Shown in pieces: positions 8,496-18,703 of a stretch of DNA of 64,000 bases. Source of the stretch: Escherichia phage vB_EcoM_G2494; the sequence record MK327935.1, one strand, 5' to 3'. A model generated the notes under the pieces. It was given only the letters and a program-made list of their open reading frames with translations, was not told the DNA's origin and ran no database searches. Both the position numbers and the translations under genes were made by a program. Numbering within the stretch: position 1 is the stretch's first letter; the number at the start of each line of letters is the position of its first letter.

Positions 8496-9998
8496 ATGCA
8501 AGATATTAAAATTCACTTTCTGAACTACTCCCATGTTCAAATTGAATGTAGCGATTCAATTTTATTAGAAATGCGAGATTATTTTAGTTTTGAAGTCGAG
8601 GGAGCGCGGTTTCAAAAAAGATTTAAGTATGGTGGATGGGATGGGCGTATTCGTCTTTTAGATTACAACGGAAAGCTGCCAATCGGCCTAACTAAAACCG
8701 TGGGAATCTTCGCTAAAAATATGGGCTATAGCGTATGGGTAGATCCTCGCTTATTCGAAAAAGAACAAGTTACAGAAGAAGAAATTACAAAATGGTGTAA
8801 TGACTTAGAATTATATTCCGGTGCTAACAGGATCACCCCGCATTGGTATCAATCAAAGGCTGTCTTTGAAGGTATTCATCATAAACGCCGTATGTTAGTT
8901 TTGCCTACGTCCGCTGGTAAATCTGCGATTGCTTGTATGTTGTCTCGCTGGTACTTAGAGAACTACGAAGGGAAAGTGCTGATCATCGTTCCTACCACGT
9001 CGCTAGTGCTGCAAATGCGTGATGACTTTGTTGATTATCGCCAGTTTCCTTATGAAGCAATTCATACTATCATGAGCGGTACTAGTAAACACGTAGGTGA
9101 TCGCCTGATCGTTGTTAGTACGTGGCAATCAGCATGTAAACAGCCTCGTGAGTGGTTCCAGCAATTTGGGATGGTTATTGTTGACGAATGTCACAAAGCC
9201 ACTGCTAAAAACCTGCTAAACATCGTTACTGATATGGATCATTGCCAATTTAAGATCGGCATGACTGGTTCCCCTCGTGACGGGAAAGCTAACATGATGC
9301 AGTATGTCGGGCTTTTCGGTGATATTTCTAAGATCGTGAGTATTGACCGCCTGATGGAAGAAGGGCAGGTGACAAAACTGAAAATTAACTGTCTTTTCCT
9401 TCGTTATACCGATGATGAATGTAGCGCGGTTAAGGGGCGAGAATATGCGGAAGAGATCAAGTATATTACGTCTAACCCACGACGAAATAAGTTTGCTTGT
9501 AATTTGGCGCTAAAACTCGCTAAGAAGGGCGAAAACGTATTCCTGATGTTCCGCAATACTAAGCACGGAAAACTTATGTATGATGCGTTACAGAAGGTAC
9601 ACGACAAGGTTTATTATATTGACGGTGGAGTTAAGACAGAAGAACGTGATGAATTTAAGAAATTAGCGGAAGGGGAAACCGGGATCATTTGCGTTGCATC
9701 CTATGGTGTGTTCTCTACTGGTGTTTCAATTAAGAATTTGCATCATGTTATTTTCGGTCATCCAGTGAAGGAATCAACTATCGTTCGTCAGAGTATCGGT
9801 CGTGCATTGCGTAAACATGGTTCTAAGGATATTGCAACGGTCTGGGATCTTATAGATCATCTGGCGGTGAAGACAAAGAGCAAGAATGCTAAGAAACAGT
9901 TTAGTCACCTTAATTATGCTCTTAAACATGCCATTGAAAGAATAAAAATTTACAACACCGACCGATTCGAATATGCCACGAAAACCATCGAGATTTAA
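8496..9998 (+). CDS. uvsW: UvsW ATP-dependent DNA/RNA helicase
   Basis: Collinear identity to T4 UvsW (LPTSAGKS Walker A, DECH box); ATG at 8496, ORF-track start 8481 is GTG. Confidence 0.93.
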   Translation: MQDIKIHFLNYSHVQIECSDSILLEMRDYFSFEVEGARFQKRFKYGGWDGRIRLLDYNGKLPIGLTKTVGIFAKNMGYSVWVDPRLFEKEQVTEEEITKWCNDLELYSGANRITPHWYQSKAVFEGIHHKRRMLVLPTSAGKSAIACMLSRWYLENYEGKVLIIVPTTSLVLQMRDDFVDYRQFPYEAIHTIMSGTSKHVGDRLIVVSTWQSACKQPREWFQQFGMVIVDECHKATAKNLLNIVTDMDHCQFKIGMTGSPRDGKANMMQYVGLFGDISKIVSIDRLMEEGQVTKLKINCLFLRYTDDECSAVKGREYAEEIKYITSNPRRNKFACNLALKLAKKGENVFLMFRNTKHGKLMYDALQKVHDKVYYIDGGVKTEERDEFKKLAEGETGIICVASYGVFSTGVSIKNLHHVIFGHPVKESTIVRQSIGRALRKHGSKDIATVWDLIDHLAVKTKSKNAKKQFSHLNYALKHAIERIKIYNTDRFEYATKTIEI

Positions 9999-10041
9999 TA
10001 AATAGGGGATTTAATGCCCCTTTATTCTACGGAGATTAAAA

Positions 10042-10278
10042 ATGATTAGCTTTAAACGTTTTTTGGTTGAGGCCGCTATTGACGGTTTCATGAGTAAGAT
10101 TTATTCTTGTAATACTATCGAGGGATTAAATGAACTTGAGGCATATTATGAGAAGCGCAAGAAAGAAACAGAATTGAAACCTGCTGATGATATTTCGATC
10201 CGTGATGCCATCGCTGGACGCCGTAAGCAATTGGAAGCGGACAACGAGCCAGAAGAGGAGCCGGAAGAGGATTTTTAA
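10042..10278 (+). CDS. uvsW.1: UvsW.1-like small acidic protein
   Basis: 78 aa directly downstream of uvsW with GGAG SD. Confidence 0.55.
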   Translation: MISFKRFLVEAAIDGFMSKIYSCNTIEGLNELEAYYEKRKKETELKPADDISIRDAIAGRRKQLEADNEPEEEPEEDF

Positions 10279-10341
10279 GATATAAAAAAGCCCCATCAAT
10301 GATGGGGCAAAATAAACCAATTAAAATCGGTTATCAACAAA

Positions 10342-10518
10342 TTACATTAACAGCATTGTTTGCTCTACGAGTTGTTCTTGTTCTTCGCCGTTCGCATCTT
10401 CACTAATCGAACGTTCTGTTACTAGCTGTAAGCAGTAGCCAGTGTGAACAACGCCGTTTTCTGTCTGGACGGCTAACGCATCCTCGACAGGTTGTTTACA
10501 ACAAATACAGATTTTCAT
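10342..10518 (-). CDS. small Cys-rich protein (58 aa), uvsY.-2 position
   Basis: ATG with GGAGG SD; CICCK ... C motif; translated by hand. Confidence 0.4.
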   Translation of the reverse strand: MKICICCKQPVEDALAVQTENGVVHTGYCLQLVTERSISEDANGEEQEQLVEQTMLLM

Positions 10519-10539
10519 AAAAATTCCTCCTGCATGTAT

Positions 10540-10947
10540 TTAGCGTCCAGATTCCAGCATACGCAATTCTATAGCATTCTTGATCGCAAATCCACGAGAT
10601 TTAACGATATCAAGTGCGCGACCAGCAAAATCCATTACCATCTGGTAATATGCAATTTTCGTATCAAGCGGTAAGATCTCGTCGTCTGCTGCCATGACAA
10701 CTTTCAATTCTGATTTCTCATATTCAGCGCGACACCAGTCATCACTACGGTTAGTGTAAAAGTCAAGACGATTTTTCATAGCCTTTTTCTTTTTAGCCTC
10801 AAGAGCAATCGTCTCTCTTTTCGCCTCGCTGTAAATCCTTAACCACTTTGAGTATACTACCGGATTATTCAGCGCCTCCCATTGCAACTTAGTCGCATCG
10901 ATCTTCATGTCAGCTTCTAATTGTTCTTTCAAATCGTTTAGGTCCAT
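10540..10947 (-). CDS. uvsY: UvsY recombination mediator protein
   Basis: 135 aa; similarity to T4 UvsY (KSRGFAIK C-terminal motif). Confidence 0.9.
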   Translation of the reverse strand: MDLNDLKEQLEADMKIDATKLQWEALNNPVVYSKWLRIYSEAKRETIALEAKKKKAMKNRLDFYTNRSDDWCRAEYEKSELKVVMAADDEILPLDTKIAYYQMVMDFAGRALDIVKSRGFAIKNAIELRMLESGR

Positions 10948-10994
10948 AATATCCCCTTATTCACACTAAGACCTATATCATATCACACACAAAA

Positions 10995-11381
10995 TCACTT
11001 TGCAAGTCTTATGCGTAGTTGTTCAAGATCATCTGGGTTATCTATTACTGAAAAGTAGATTGATACTATGATTGAGTTATCGTCGTACTGCGGAGTTACT
11101 TCTACTGTCAGGTTTCGGACCCGTGGTTCATAGTTTCGGATCGCCTCATTGATGTTTTTTGATAAGGTGTCCACTGTCAGTGGGTTCATGTTCTCAAACA
11201 GTGATTTATTGAGATCGCATCCAAACAGTGGATCAAATGGACGAGATCCCTTGCGAGTAGTCACGATCAGTAGAATAGAATCCTTAACCGCTTTAATCCC
11301 TATGTTCTTTTTAACGTCGTTATTCCACGATCTGGATATATTGAGATCCAAATCAGTATACATCTGATTAATAGTTGCCAT
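10995..11381 (-). CDS. 25: baseplate wedge subunit gp25
   Basis: TTRKGSRPFDP..FGCDL, FSVIDNPDD match T4 gp25; ATG at 11381 with GAGG SD (ORF-track start is TTG). Confidence 0.9.
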   Translation of the reverse strand: MATINQMYTDLDLNISRSWNNDVKKNIGIKAVKDSILLIVTTRKGSRPFDPLFGCDLNKSLFENMNPLTVDTLSKNINEAIRNYEPRVRNLTVEVTPQYDDNSIIVSIYFSVIDNPDDLEQLRIRLAK

Positions 11382-11389
11382 GTTATACC

Positions 11390-12019
11390 TCAAAGAATTT
11401 TAAGGAAACTGGATAGACCTGATAATGAATATACACCAGATTCCCCGCATTCGCACTTGATCGGTACTGCCAGCGTGATTTGATTTCTTGTTAGCTCGTC
11501 GATCACTTCTTCCACTTTATCCGTGGTAAGCATATCCAGCACGCGGTCAAAGTCCTGTGCGTTCAGGTCGTCTATATTGAATTGCTGATCGCCGATCACG
11601 ATATATTCGATACATGCAATTACCATCTGCATAATATCAACATCTTCTGTAAACTTAGGTTGACGAAATTTGATTTTTACTTGCCCTAAGTCCAGAATAT
11701 ACGGTTCAACTTCTGGTATCTGTGTGCGTGAAACATCAAGAGAATATACTTTCTCTTTATTGCATACACCACATACCCAAGTAGCATCAATTTTCATCTT
11801 ATTGAGGCTGTGACACCATAAGAGAAGAAAAATATATTCTGCTTCGCATTTCTCTAGCTCTAATGCATTGATCCCCGTACATTCATGTATGATCTCTATA
11901 ACAACCTCTGACAGCTTGCCAGTCTCTTTTGCTGCTACCAGTTTTTGAAATTCGCCGAAGGTGAAAGCACGGGCGTGTATCAACTTTTCGCCTAATTGGA
12001 TCTTGAAAAAGTATTGCAT
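11390..12019 (-). CDS. 26: baseplate hub subunit gp26
   Basis: Synteny (between 25 and 51) and size about 209 aa. Confidence 0.75.
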   Translation of the reverse strand: MQYFFKIQLGEKLIHARAFTFGEFQKLVAAKETGKLSEVVIEIIHECTGINALELEKCEAEYIFLLLWCHSLNKMKIDATWVCGVCNKEKVYSLDVSRTQIPEVEPYILDLGQVKIKFRQPKFTEDVDIMQMVIACIEYIVIGDQQFNIDDLNAQDFDRVLDMLTTDKVEEVIDELTRNQITLAVPIKCECGESGVYSLSGLSSFLKIL

Positions 12020-12061
12020 AATAAAACACCCTTTATAAACACATAGAATTATTTAGTATTT

Positions 12062-12069
12062 TATAAATA
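12062..12069 (+). promoter_or_regulatory. T4-type late promoter TATAAATA for gene 51
   Basis: tataaata 20 nt upstream of gp51 ATG. Confidence 0.6.
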
Positions 12070-12089
12070 CCCGAAAGGGGGATTATACC

Positions 12090-12860
12090 ATGAATATTAT
12101 CCGAATAAAACTACCGGAAGGTGTGCAGAGATTTAAACCATTCACGGTAAAAGATTATAGAGATTTCCTTCTGGTGTCAACTGAAATTAAGATGAATCCA
12201 GAAGAAGAACAAACGATTCTGGATGAGCTATTAGAAGAAATATATCCAGAAGTAGATCCGGCATTTCGTGAATATATTTTCCTGAATGTCTTTACTAGTT
12301 CAATTGGTAAAACAAAGATACCGCTTTGTTTTACTTGCCCGACTTGCAACAAAGAAAGAAAAATGTTGCTTAACTTACAGGTTGAAGCACTAAAACCAAT
12401 CGTTCTAGAGGCCGCAGGGCTTAAAATAACTTTCCGGTATGTTAAACCATCAACCGACTATGCAAAAACGTTTCTGGATGCGATAGAGCGTGTATCTGAT
12501 GGTGTTAATGATTATCTATGGACTGAATTACCGGAAGAAGTTAGAGAACAGGTTATAGATTCAATCTCATTTGCTGAATTTGAAGAAGTTGTTAAGCAGA
12601 TGCACACAATCAAGATCGAACAAAAGATATCTTGTTGTGAAAGTCATGACCTGAAATACATAGGTCTTCTTCCATTATTCAAATTGTTGTTGAATCCAGA
12701 TGAGTTATTCATCTTTTATCGAATAAACCATCTATTGGCAAAATCAAATTATTCTATCAGTGATCTTATGGATATGTTACCGATTGAGAGAAACATTGCA
12801 CTGACACTGGTCGAGAAAGACGTAAAAGAGGCAAATAATGCAAAGAACGGGGTTTCCTAA
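12090..12860 (+). CDS. 51: baseplate hub assembly protein gp51
   Basis: Synteny and size; divergent transcription from 25/26 as in T4. Confidence 0.75.
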   Translation: MNIIRIKLPEGVQRFKPFTVKDYRDFLLVSTEIKMNPEEEQTILDELLEEIYPEVDPAFREYIFLNVFTSSIGKTKIPLCFTCPTCNKERKMLLNLQVEALKPIVLEAAGLKITFRYVKPSTDYAKTFLDAIERVSDGVNDYLWTELPEEVREQVIDSISFAEFEEVVKQMHTIKIEQKISCCESHDLKYIGLLPLFKLLLNPDELFIFYRINHLLAKSNYSISDLMDMLPIERNIALTLVEKDVKEANNAKNGVS

Positions 12861-13947
12861 TGTCTCAATAAAACTTTATCAGGATTATGAGGCATTTCTA
12901 AATCATCGCTTTATAGAATTGGGTGCTACCTTTGTTACAATGACTCTGCGTGATTCGATTCGTGGGGTGAACGAAGGATTGTTGCAATTCTATGATAATA
13001 AGGCGATGCATACAAAATTAAATGGACGAGAGATCATTCAGATTTCGCTATCCACTGCTAATACAGATGAAGTGTTTAACCGAATCTATGGGATCTCTCA
13101 TAGTAATGTAACAATTGACCAAAAATCCGACAACATTTTAACATTCCAGTTAAAGAGCTATCACGAAACACTAAACCTTAAATTTTCTCGCTCATTGACA
13201 AATAACGCTGTTAATAACGTAACTAGCATGATTGATGCCATCTATAAGGAAGTTCCTTTATGGAAACCTACTATAAAGGGTGATAACGTTGTTATTCCTC
13301 GTTGTCCGTGGGTTAGTACCATAAATGACTATATGGATTTTGTGAGGGCATACGGGCAAAGCGTAGAAACAGAGTCTTTCGTGTATTGCTGGGAAGATTT
13401 TGATGGTATAACGATCGCTGGACACGATACAATATTAAAAAATGAGCCAATACCAGCTATAATCTGTGAGCCTAGACTCATGGGGCAATTTATTGATATG
13501 TCGCCTAATCTGATGGTTTTTAATTTCGAGTGGCAGACTAAGAGCAATGCTAAAGTTAAAAATTCATTTAGCAATGTGACATACACAACTATTGATTTTG
13601 TTACTAAGCAGTATAATAAAATTATTGTTGGTAATGGAGATAATATTGCACACTTTGCTCATGGTGGCGCTTATGGCGATTTAACTTATAAGAATGCGTT
13701 TTTGGAAGGTTCTAAACTTGCCACAATAGAACAATATGATTCATATGCTACCGCCGTGTGTCACGGTAATTTCTCGTTGCGCCCCGGTATGGTTATTCGA
13801 TTCTTTGATGAGAAGCAACAAGCACGCAATGATTTTATTGTTGACGAAGTGGTGCATGAAATTAGCCGAGAGCAATCATTAACTCACCTGTATATGATCG
13901 GTAACAGCGAAGAATTACAGGAAGTCAAATTTGAAGGTAAGATATAA
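12838..13947 (+). CDS. 27: baseplate hub subunit gp27
   Basis: N-terminal and central similarity to T4 gp27 (PNVSIKL, RNEGLLQFYD). Confidence 0.88.
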   Translation: MQRTGFPNVSIKLYQDYEAFLNHRFIELGATFVTMTLRDSIRGVNEGLLQFYDNKAMHTKLNGREIIQISLSTANTDEVFNRIYGISHSNVTIDQKSDNILTFQLKSYHETLNLKFSRSLTNNAVNNVTSMIDAIYKEVPLWKPTIKGDNVVIPRCPWVSTINDYMDFVRAYGQSVETESFVYCWEDFDGITIAGHDTILKNEPIPAIICEPRLMGQFIDMSPNLMVFNFEWQTKSNAKVKNSFSNVTYTTIDFVTKQYNKIIVGNGDNIAHFAHGGAYGDLTYKNAFLEGSKLATIEQYDSYATAVCHGNFSLRPGMVIRFFDEKQQARNDFIVDEVVHEISREQSLTHLYMIGNSEELQEVKFEGKI

Positions 13948-14465
13948 TGACAGAAACTAAACCTATGCTAAAATTTGTTGTTCCTGTAAAAAAATTAGAG
14001 ATAAACGGGAAACATATCAAGATCCCAAAAATGGGGATTAAGCAACATCGATTATTAAAAGATGTTCGTAGCTGTGATGAAACATTAAAGATTCTTCTTG
14101 ATTCAATCTGTCCTGGGTTAAACGCTGCCGAGTCTGAATTGGTTATGCTTAACCTTTGTGCGTTTAATGGCAAGTGTCTGGAAGAAAAAGATGGTCTTAA
14201 GCTGTCTGATGTGTATATTTGTACAGAGACTGAATTTACTTTAAATGGTAAAGTCTTTAAATTTAAAAATCCAGTGTATACTTCTGACCCCATTATCGAT
14301 GACGCTGATTTCTTGAGTCATCATTATCACGATCCTAGCGTAGACTTCCATGATTTCCCCGCTTTTATTATGGATTGGGCTACAGGATTAAGAAAAACTA
14401 TTGCACTGGATACACCGGAAGGTACTATCTATGGTGGAATTAACATATTGGATCGCCTATCATGA
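13947..14465 (+). CDS. 28: baseplate hub distal subunit gp28
   Basis: Synteny, size about 172 aa, overlapping stop/start with neighbours. Confidence 0.75.
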   Translation: MTETKPMLKFVVPVKKLEINGKHIKIPKMGIKQHRLLKDVRSCDETLKILLDSICPGLNAAESELVMLNLCAFNGKCLEEKDGLKLSDVYICTETEFTLNGKVFKFKNPVYTSDPIIDDADFLSHHYHDPSVDFHDFPAFIMDWATGLRKTIALDTPEGTIYGGINILDRLS

Positions 14466-16195
14466 ATAACGCATTAACATCATTTCGCGGGATGCGCAAG
14501 GAAGCGGAAGAAAACCCGATTGATAAACTTAACAAATTAGATAAACTTGATTCTATTGATAATTTGCAAGCTGCTACCGAATTGGTGGCAGAGACAGTAG
14601 AACAAAAATCTAATGAAGTTGTTGGTGCGGTCGAGGATAACACCGCAGCCAATGAATTGACGGCAGAAAATACACAATCTACCGCTGGCAATACCCAAAA
14701 AACTTATGAAGAATTGCAAAAACTCAATAATTTCTCTTCTCAGATGAATGAGAAATTACGTGGTTTTGGTGTTATGATGGAACGTAGATTTGGTGTTGTC
14801 AGTAAAATGGCTAGCGGTATTGGTGCGATTGAAGAAGCATTGAAAAAACCGGAACAACCGCAAACAATGCCATCACCTCAGCCAGTTTTGCCTACTGTAC
14901 CGGAACAGCCTAACAATGACAACTATCAAGGTCTTCCAAAGAAAAAACCAGATGCTGATGACCGAAAGAAAAAGAACGTCACAGATAAGCGTAATGCTGA
15001 TTCTATGGAAAATCTTCTTAAAGTTGTTCGTGGAGGATTTAAAGAAACCATAGGTATCTCTAATAAGGTCTTAGGGATGTTATTTAAGATCACCTTGACC
15101 GCTATGGCAGAAGCCGCAAAATGGGGTGCCATTTTGATGGGTATTGTTTTTGTCATTGATACCCTGATGGTTCATTTCAGATATTGGAGCGATTTATTCG
15201 AGACAAAATTCAGTGAATTTATGGATAAAGCCGGAGAATGGGCTGGACCAATTAGTGATATTCTAACAACTATTCGTCAAGTTCGAGATTATTGGTCTAA
15301 AGGCGAATATGGAGAGTTAATTAAATCTCTTGTTATGGGTATTGGTGATGCATTCTATAAAACCTTTATCCAACTTGATCGAATTATCACTACTGGTATT
15401 GCTAAAATTCTTCGCATGATCCCTGGTATGGGTGATTATGCCGATAAGTTAGAATATGGTGCTTTAAAATCTGCTGTCGCTCAAGGCTATACGCCAAATG
15501 AAAGAGAACTCGAATTAATGGATAAGGTCGAGTCTGAACACGAAGAGGACAAATACGGGGAGCGTACTGGTTGGGCCGGAAAAGCCCGTGATATTGGTGA
15601 GGCTATCGGTGACTCCATTAAAGATAAAGTTAATGAAGGACTTGTTAGTCTGGGATGGAGAGATCAAAAGGATGTTGACGCAGAGAAGCGACAAGAAGAA
15701 TTAAAGCGCGGGGAATATGAGTCTGTTTCTGCTGAACAACGATCTGCTAGTCGTAAACTTAGAATTAAAAGTGAGGGCGCGATCAATAATATTAATGAAG
15801 TTATGGAGAACTTGAGCGGTGACTATGACAAAGAAAGAATGGGAGAGTTGAAAAGGGATATTGATGTTTACCGTGAGAAAGTTCAAGATCCTACATTAGT
15901 TGAAAGTGATCGTTCTCAGTTAGAGCGTCTTATTGAAAAATTTGATGAGATGTATGCTGATAAGACTAAGGGTGTTGTGCAAACACAGCCGGTTCCTGCA
16001 ACTGAAACGGAAACAGCAAAACAAGCGGAGCGTACTGAACAAATGCAGAAACAAGCTGCAATCCAGCAACAAACGACAAATCAGACCTCAAACGTAAATA
16101 ATACACAAATTGTAACAAACAATAGAACTATTAAACAGGGTGCACCAACAACTAGAATTGATGCCCCCGGTACAATTAATATGGGGAACTTTTAA
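14462..16195 (+). CDS. 29: baseplate hub / tail-length determinator gp29
   Basis: 577 aa, synteny, coiled/extended composition. Confidence 0.78.
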   Translation: MNNALTSFRGMRKEAEENPIDKLNKLDKLDSIDNLQAATELVAETVEQKSNEVVGAVEDNTAANELTAENTQSTAGNTQKTYEELQKLNNFSSQMNEKLRGFGVMMERRFGVVSKMASGIGAIEEALKKPEQPQTMPSPQPVLPTVPEQPNNDNYQGLPKKKPDADDRKKKNVTDKRNADSMENLLKVVRGGFKETIGISNKVLGMLFKITLTAMAEAAKWGAILMGIVFVIDTLMVHFRYWSDLFETKFSEFMDKAGEWAGPISDILTTIRQVRDYWSKGEYGELIKSLVMGIGDAFYKTFIQLDRIITTGIAKILRMIPGMGDYADKLEYGALKSAVAQGYTPNERELELMDKVESEHEEDKYGERTGWAGKARDIGEAIGDSIKDKVNEGLVSLGWRDQKDVDAEKRQEELKRGEYESVSAEQRSASRKLRIKSEGAINNINEVMENLSGDYDKERMGELKRDIDVYREKVQDPTLVESDRSQLERLIEKFDEMYADKTKGVVQTQPVPATETETAKQAERTEQMQKQAAIQQQTTNQTSNVNNTQIVTNNRTIKQGAPTTRIDAPGTINMGNF

Positions 16196-17253
16196 TGAAA
16201 ATTAGTGTTATCAATGATGCCGTTGATAGCTTTAAAGCGGGGGTTAAAACCTCCGCTGGTTTTACCTCAAAAAATAAAGGGAAAACATTAACCGCTCAAT
16301 TCCCCGCTGAACGTGCTAGCGGTAATGATGCTAGCGGTTATTATATCAACGACTTATATAATAATGGTCTGTTATTCACTGCATACGATTACACATCTCG
16401 TACTACTGGATCGCTGCGTGATTTCAGGAAAAAGAAAAATGTTGCTAGCGGTTTTGGCGGTAGCGTTAATATCGCTGGTTTTGATTTAAATTTGGGTGGG
16501 AGAAATGCTGCATTTGACCGAGAGGCAATTGCTAATATTCTTCTTCCTCGTAGTCAATCTGACGTTGACGCTGCCAGCCATAAGTTTAATGATGTTGGTG
16601 AATCTGTTATTTCTCGCGGCGGTGGTACTTTAGGCGGTGCTCTTTCTAATATGGCATCTACTGCCGTTTTTGGTGGTATCGAAAGTATTACTGGTGGATA
16701 CCTTGCCGATCACGGTGAACAGATTTATAATACTGCGCGAAGCATGTATGCGGGTGCTGACGCACGAACGAAAAACTACGTATGGCATCTAACCCCACGT
16801 AGTATTGAAGACCTTCGCAATATTCTGATCATATACGAAACGTTTTTAGAATTGTCTTATGGTTCTAGTGGTATTTCCAGCACCGCAAAAGAATTAAAAG
16901 CGGAAGTTGATGCGTGGTATAAAAATACACTATTGAGAAAATCCACTCCAGAGGAAGCGAAGAGAAATGATACTCTGTTTGAAGGGATCACCGATTTTCT
17001 ATCAAACGTAATTACTGTATCTAACCCGACAATATGGATGATCTCTAACTTCGGCAAGCGTACATCGTTTGAAGGGCGTAGCGATGCATTTGGTCCCGCT
17101 CAGATCTCAAGTGTACGTCTGGACAAGTCGCCTGATGGTAAGTTTAATGGCCTTGCTATTTCTCCTAACTTGCCGAGTACCTTTGTTCTGGAAGTAACAT
17201 TTAGAGAGATCTTGACACTTTCCCGTGGTACTATATTTGGGAGTGCGGCATAA
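16195..17253 (+). CDS. 48: baseplate tail-tube cap gp48
   Basis: Synteny and size. Confidence 0.78.
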   Translation: MKISVINDAVDSFKAGVKTSAGFTSKNKGKTLTAQFPAERASGNDASGYYINDLYNNGLLFTAYDYTSRTTGSLRDFRKKKNVASGFGGSVNIAGFDLNLGGRNAAFDREAIANILLPRSQSDVDAASHKFNDVGESVISRGGGTLGGALSNMASTAVFGGIESITGGYLADHGEQIYNTARSMYAGADARTKNYVWHLTPRSIEDLRNILIIYETFLELSYGSSGISSTAKELKAEVDAWYKNTLLRKSTPEEAKRNDTLFEGITDFLSNVITVSNPTIWMISNFGKRTSFEGRSDAFGPAQISSVRLDKSPDGKFNGLAISPNLPSTFVLEVTFREILTLSRGTIFGSAA

Positions 17254-18185
17254 TGTTTGATTTAAATGACTTTAACGAACAAGCCGCTAACCTTGACTTT
17301 CAGCGATCTAACTTATTCAGCGTGGCATTTGCCACCACTCCAAGTAATAAGACACAAGCGATCCTAGAAAGTATGGGTGGTGCGGTATATGATATTATAC
17401 CAAATGCATTAAATGACTATTTCGGGATTACTCGTGGTGATTATACTGACGCATTAACAAATCTTGCTGTACAGGGTGTTAGGCGTGCTGTTGATTCATC
17501 TGGTGTCAAAAAGTATCTTTTAGGTGCAATGTCATCCCGCGTAGTTCAATCTCTTCTGGGGCAATTTGATGTTGGTACGTATGCTCTTGACTGGTTCAAT
17601 ATGGCATATAAGACAAGCGGTCTTCTGGTGTATGCTGTTAAGGTTCCAGAAAACAGATTGAATTATGAAATGGACCGCAACCACAATGCGCCAAACATTC
17701 GAATTACCGGACGTGATTTTGATCCGCTTGTATTGAGCTTTAGAATGGACTCTAGCGCATCAAACTATAGAGCAATGCAGGATTGGGTTAACTCAGTAGA
17801 AGACCCCGTTACAGGGCTTCGTGCGCTTCCTGTTGACGTTGAAGCAGATATTCAGGTTAACTTACATAACCGAATGGGAGTTCCTCACACGATCATGATG
17901 TTTAATGGTTGTGTTCCTGTTGGTGTGAGTGCACCGGAATTAACCTATGAAAATAACAACGAAATTACAACATTCGATGTTACTTTCGCATATCGTTCTA
18001 TGCAAACTGGTGCTGTAGGAGAGCAAGCCGCGCGAGAATGGATTGAGGATAAGGCAATAAACGCAATAACAAACACTTTCGGCAATAATTTACTTGATAG
18101 TGGGTTATCTGCTGCTGGTAATGCTTTATCGCGTCTAAATGGCGTTGGTGGGCGTGTGGTGAATACTGTCACTAACTGGTTCTGA
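17253..18185 (+). CDS. 54: baseplate tail-tube initiator gp54
   Basis: Synteny and size. Confidence 0.78.
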   Translation: MFDLNDFNEQAANLDFQRSNLFSVAFATTPSNKTQAILESMGGAVYDIIPNALNDYFGITRGDYTDALTNLAVQGVRRAVDSSGVKKYLLGAMSSRVVQSLLGQFDVGTYALDWFNMAYKTSGLLVYAVKVPENRLNYEMDRNHNAPNIRITGRDFDPLVLSFRMDSSASNYRAMQDWVNSVEDPVTGLRALPVDVEADIQVNLHNRMGVPHTIMMFNGCVPVGVSAPELTYENNNEITTFDVTFAYRSMQTGAVGEQAAREWIEDKAINAITNTFGNNLLDSGLSAAGNALSRLNGVGGRVVNTVTNWF

Positions 18186-18194
18186 TAAGCGAAA

Positions 18195-18220
18195 GGCGGG
18201 GATTATCCCCCGCCTTTTTA
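18195..18220. terminator. bidirectional rho-independent terminator
   Basis: ggcgggg-attatc-ccccgcc hairpin followed by TTTTT; convergent genes end on both sides. Confidence 0.7.
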
Positions 18221-18703
18221 TTTTGCTAAATCATTGCAATATTTTAGTGCCTTAGTTTGAAATTCTGCGCTGTTAAGTTCTTCATAACGGTCATAATCAC
18301 CGTTTAATGCTGCCTTTCTTGCTTCTTGCTCTATCTGCATGTCAGACATGATAATACAGCGATCCCGTGCTTTCATCTTCTCAAGTTGTATAGACTCTTC
18401 TTTCTGCTTGCGCAATTCTTCTTGACGCTTCTTTTCTTCTTGTGCTTTCTCTTCCCGCGCTTCTTTGATTGCATCCTTGAACATCTGCGTTTGTGGTGCT
18501 AAACCAACTTTAACGCGATCTACGTCTCGACGTTCCATTTTAGAAATAAAGCATGATTCGATCTTATCATCACTTGCATATGTTGCTTTACATTCACGAA
18601 GCAAGAAAACCGGATCTGATTTAGCATTCATCATAGCTTCCATGTTAGCACAACCAGTAAGCATGAATACAGCCGCAAGACCAATTAGTTTAATCATTTT
18701 CAT
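18218..18703 (-). CDS. predicted lipoprotein with coiled-coil region (161 aa)
   Basis: Signal peptide with lipobox LTGC (MKMIKLIGLAAVFMLTGC); GAGGTG SD. Confidence 0.6.
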   Translation of the reverse strand: MKMIKLIGLAAVFMLTGCANMEAMMNAKSDPVFLLRECKATYASDDKIESCFISKMERRDVDRVKVGLAPQTQMFKDAIKEAREEKAQEEKKRQEELRKQKEESIQLEKMKARDRCIIMSDMQIEQEARKAALNGDYDRYEELNSAEFQTKALKYCNDLAK

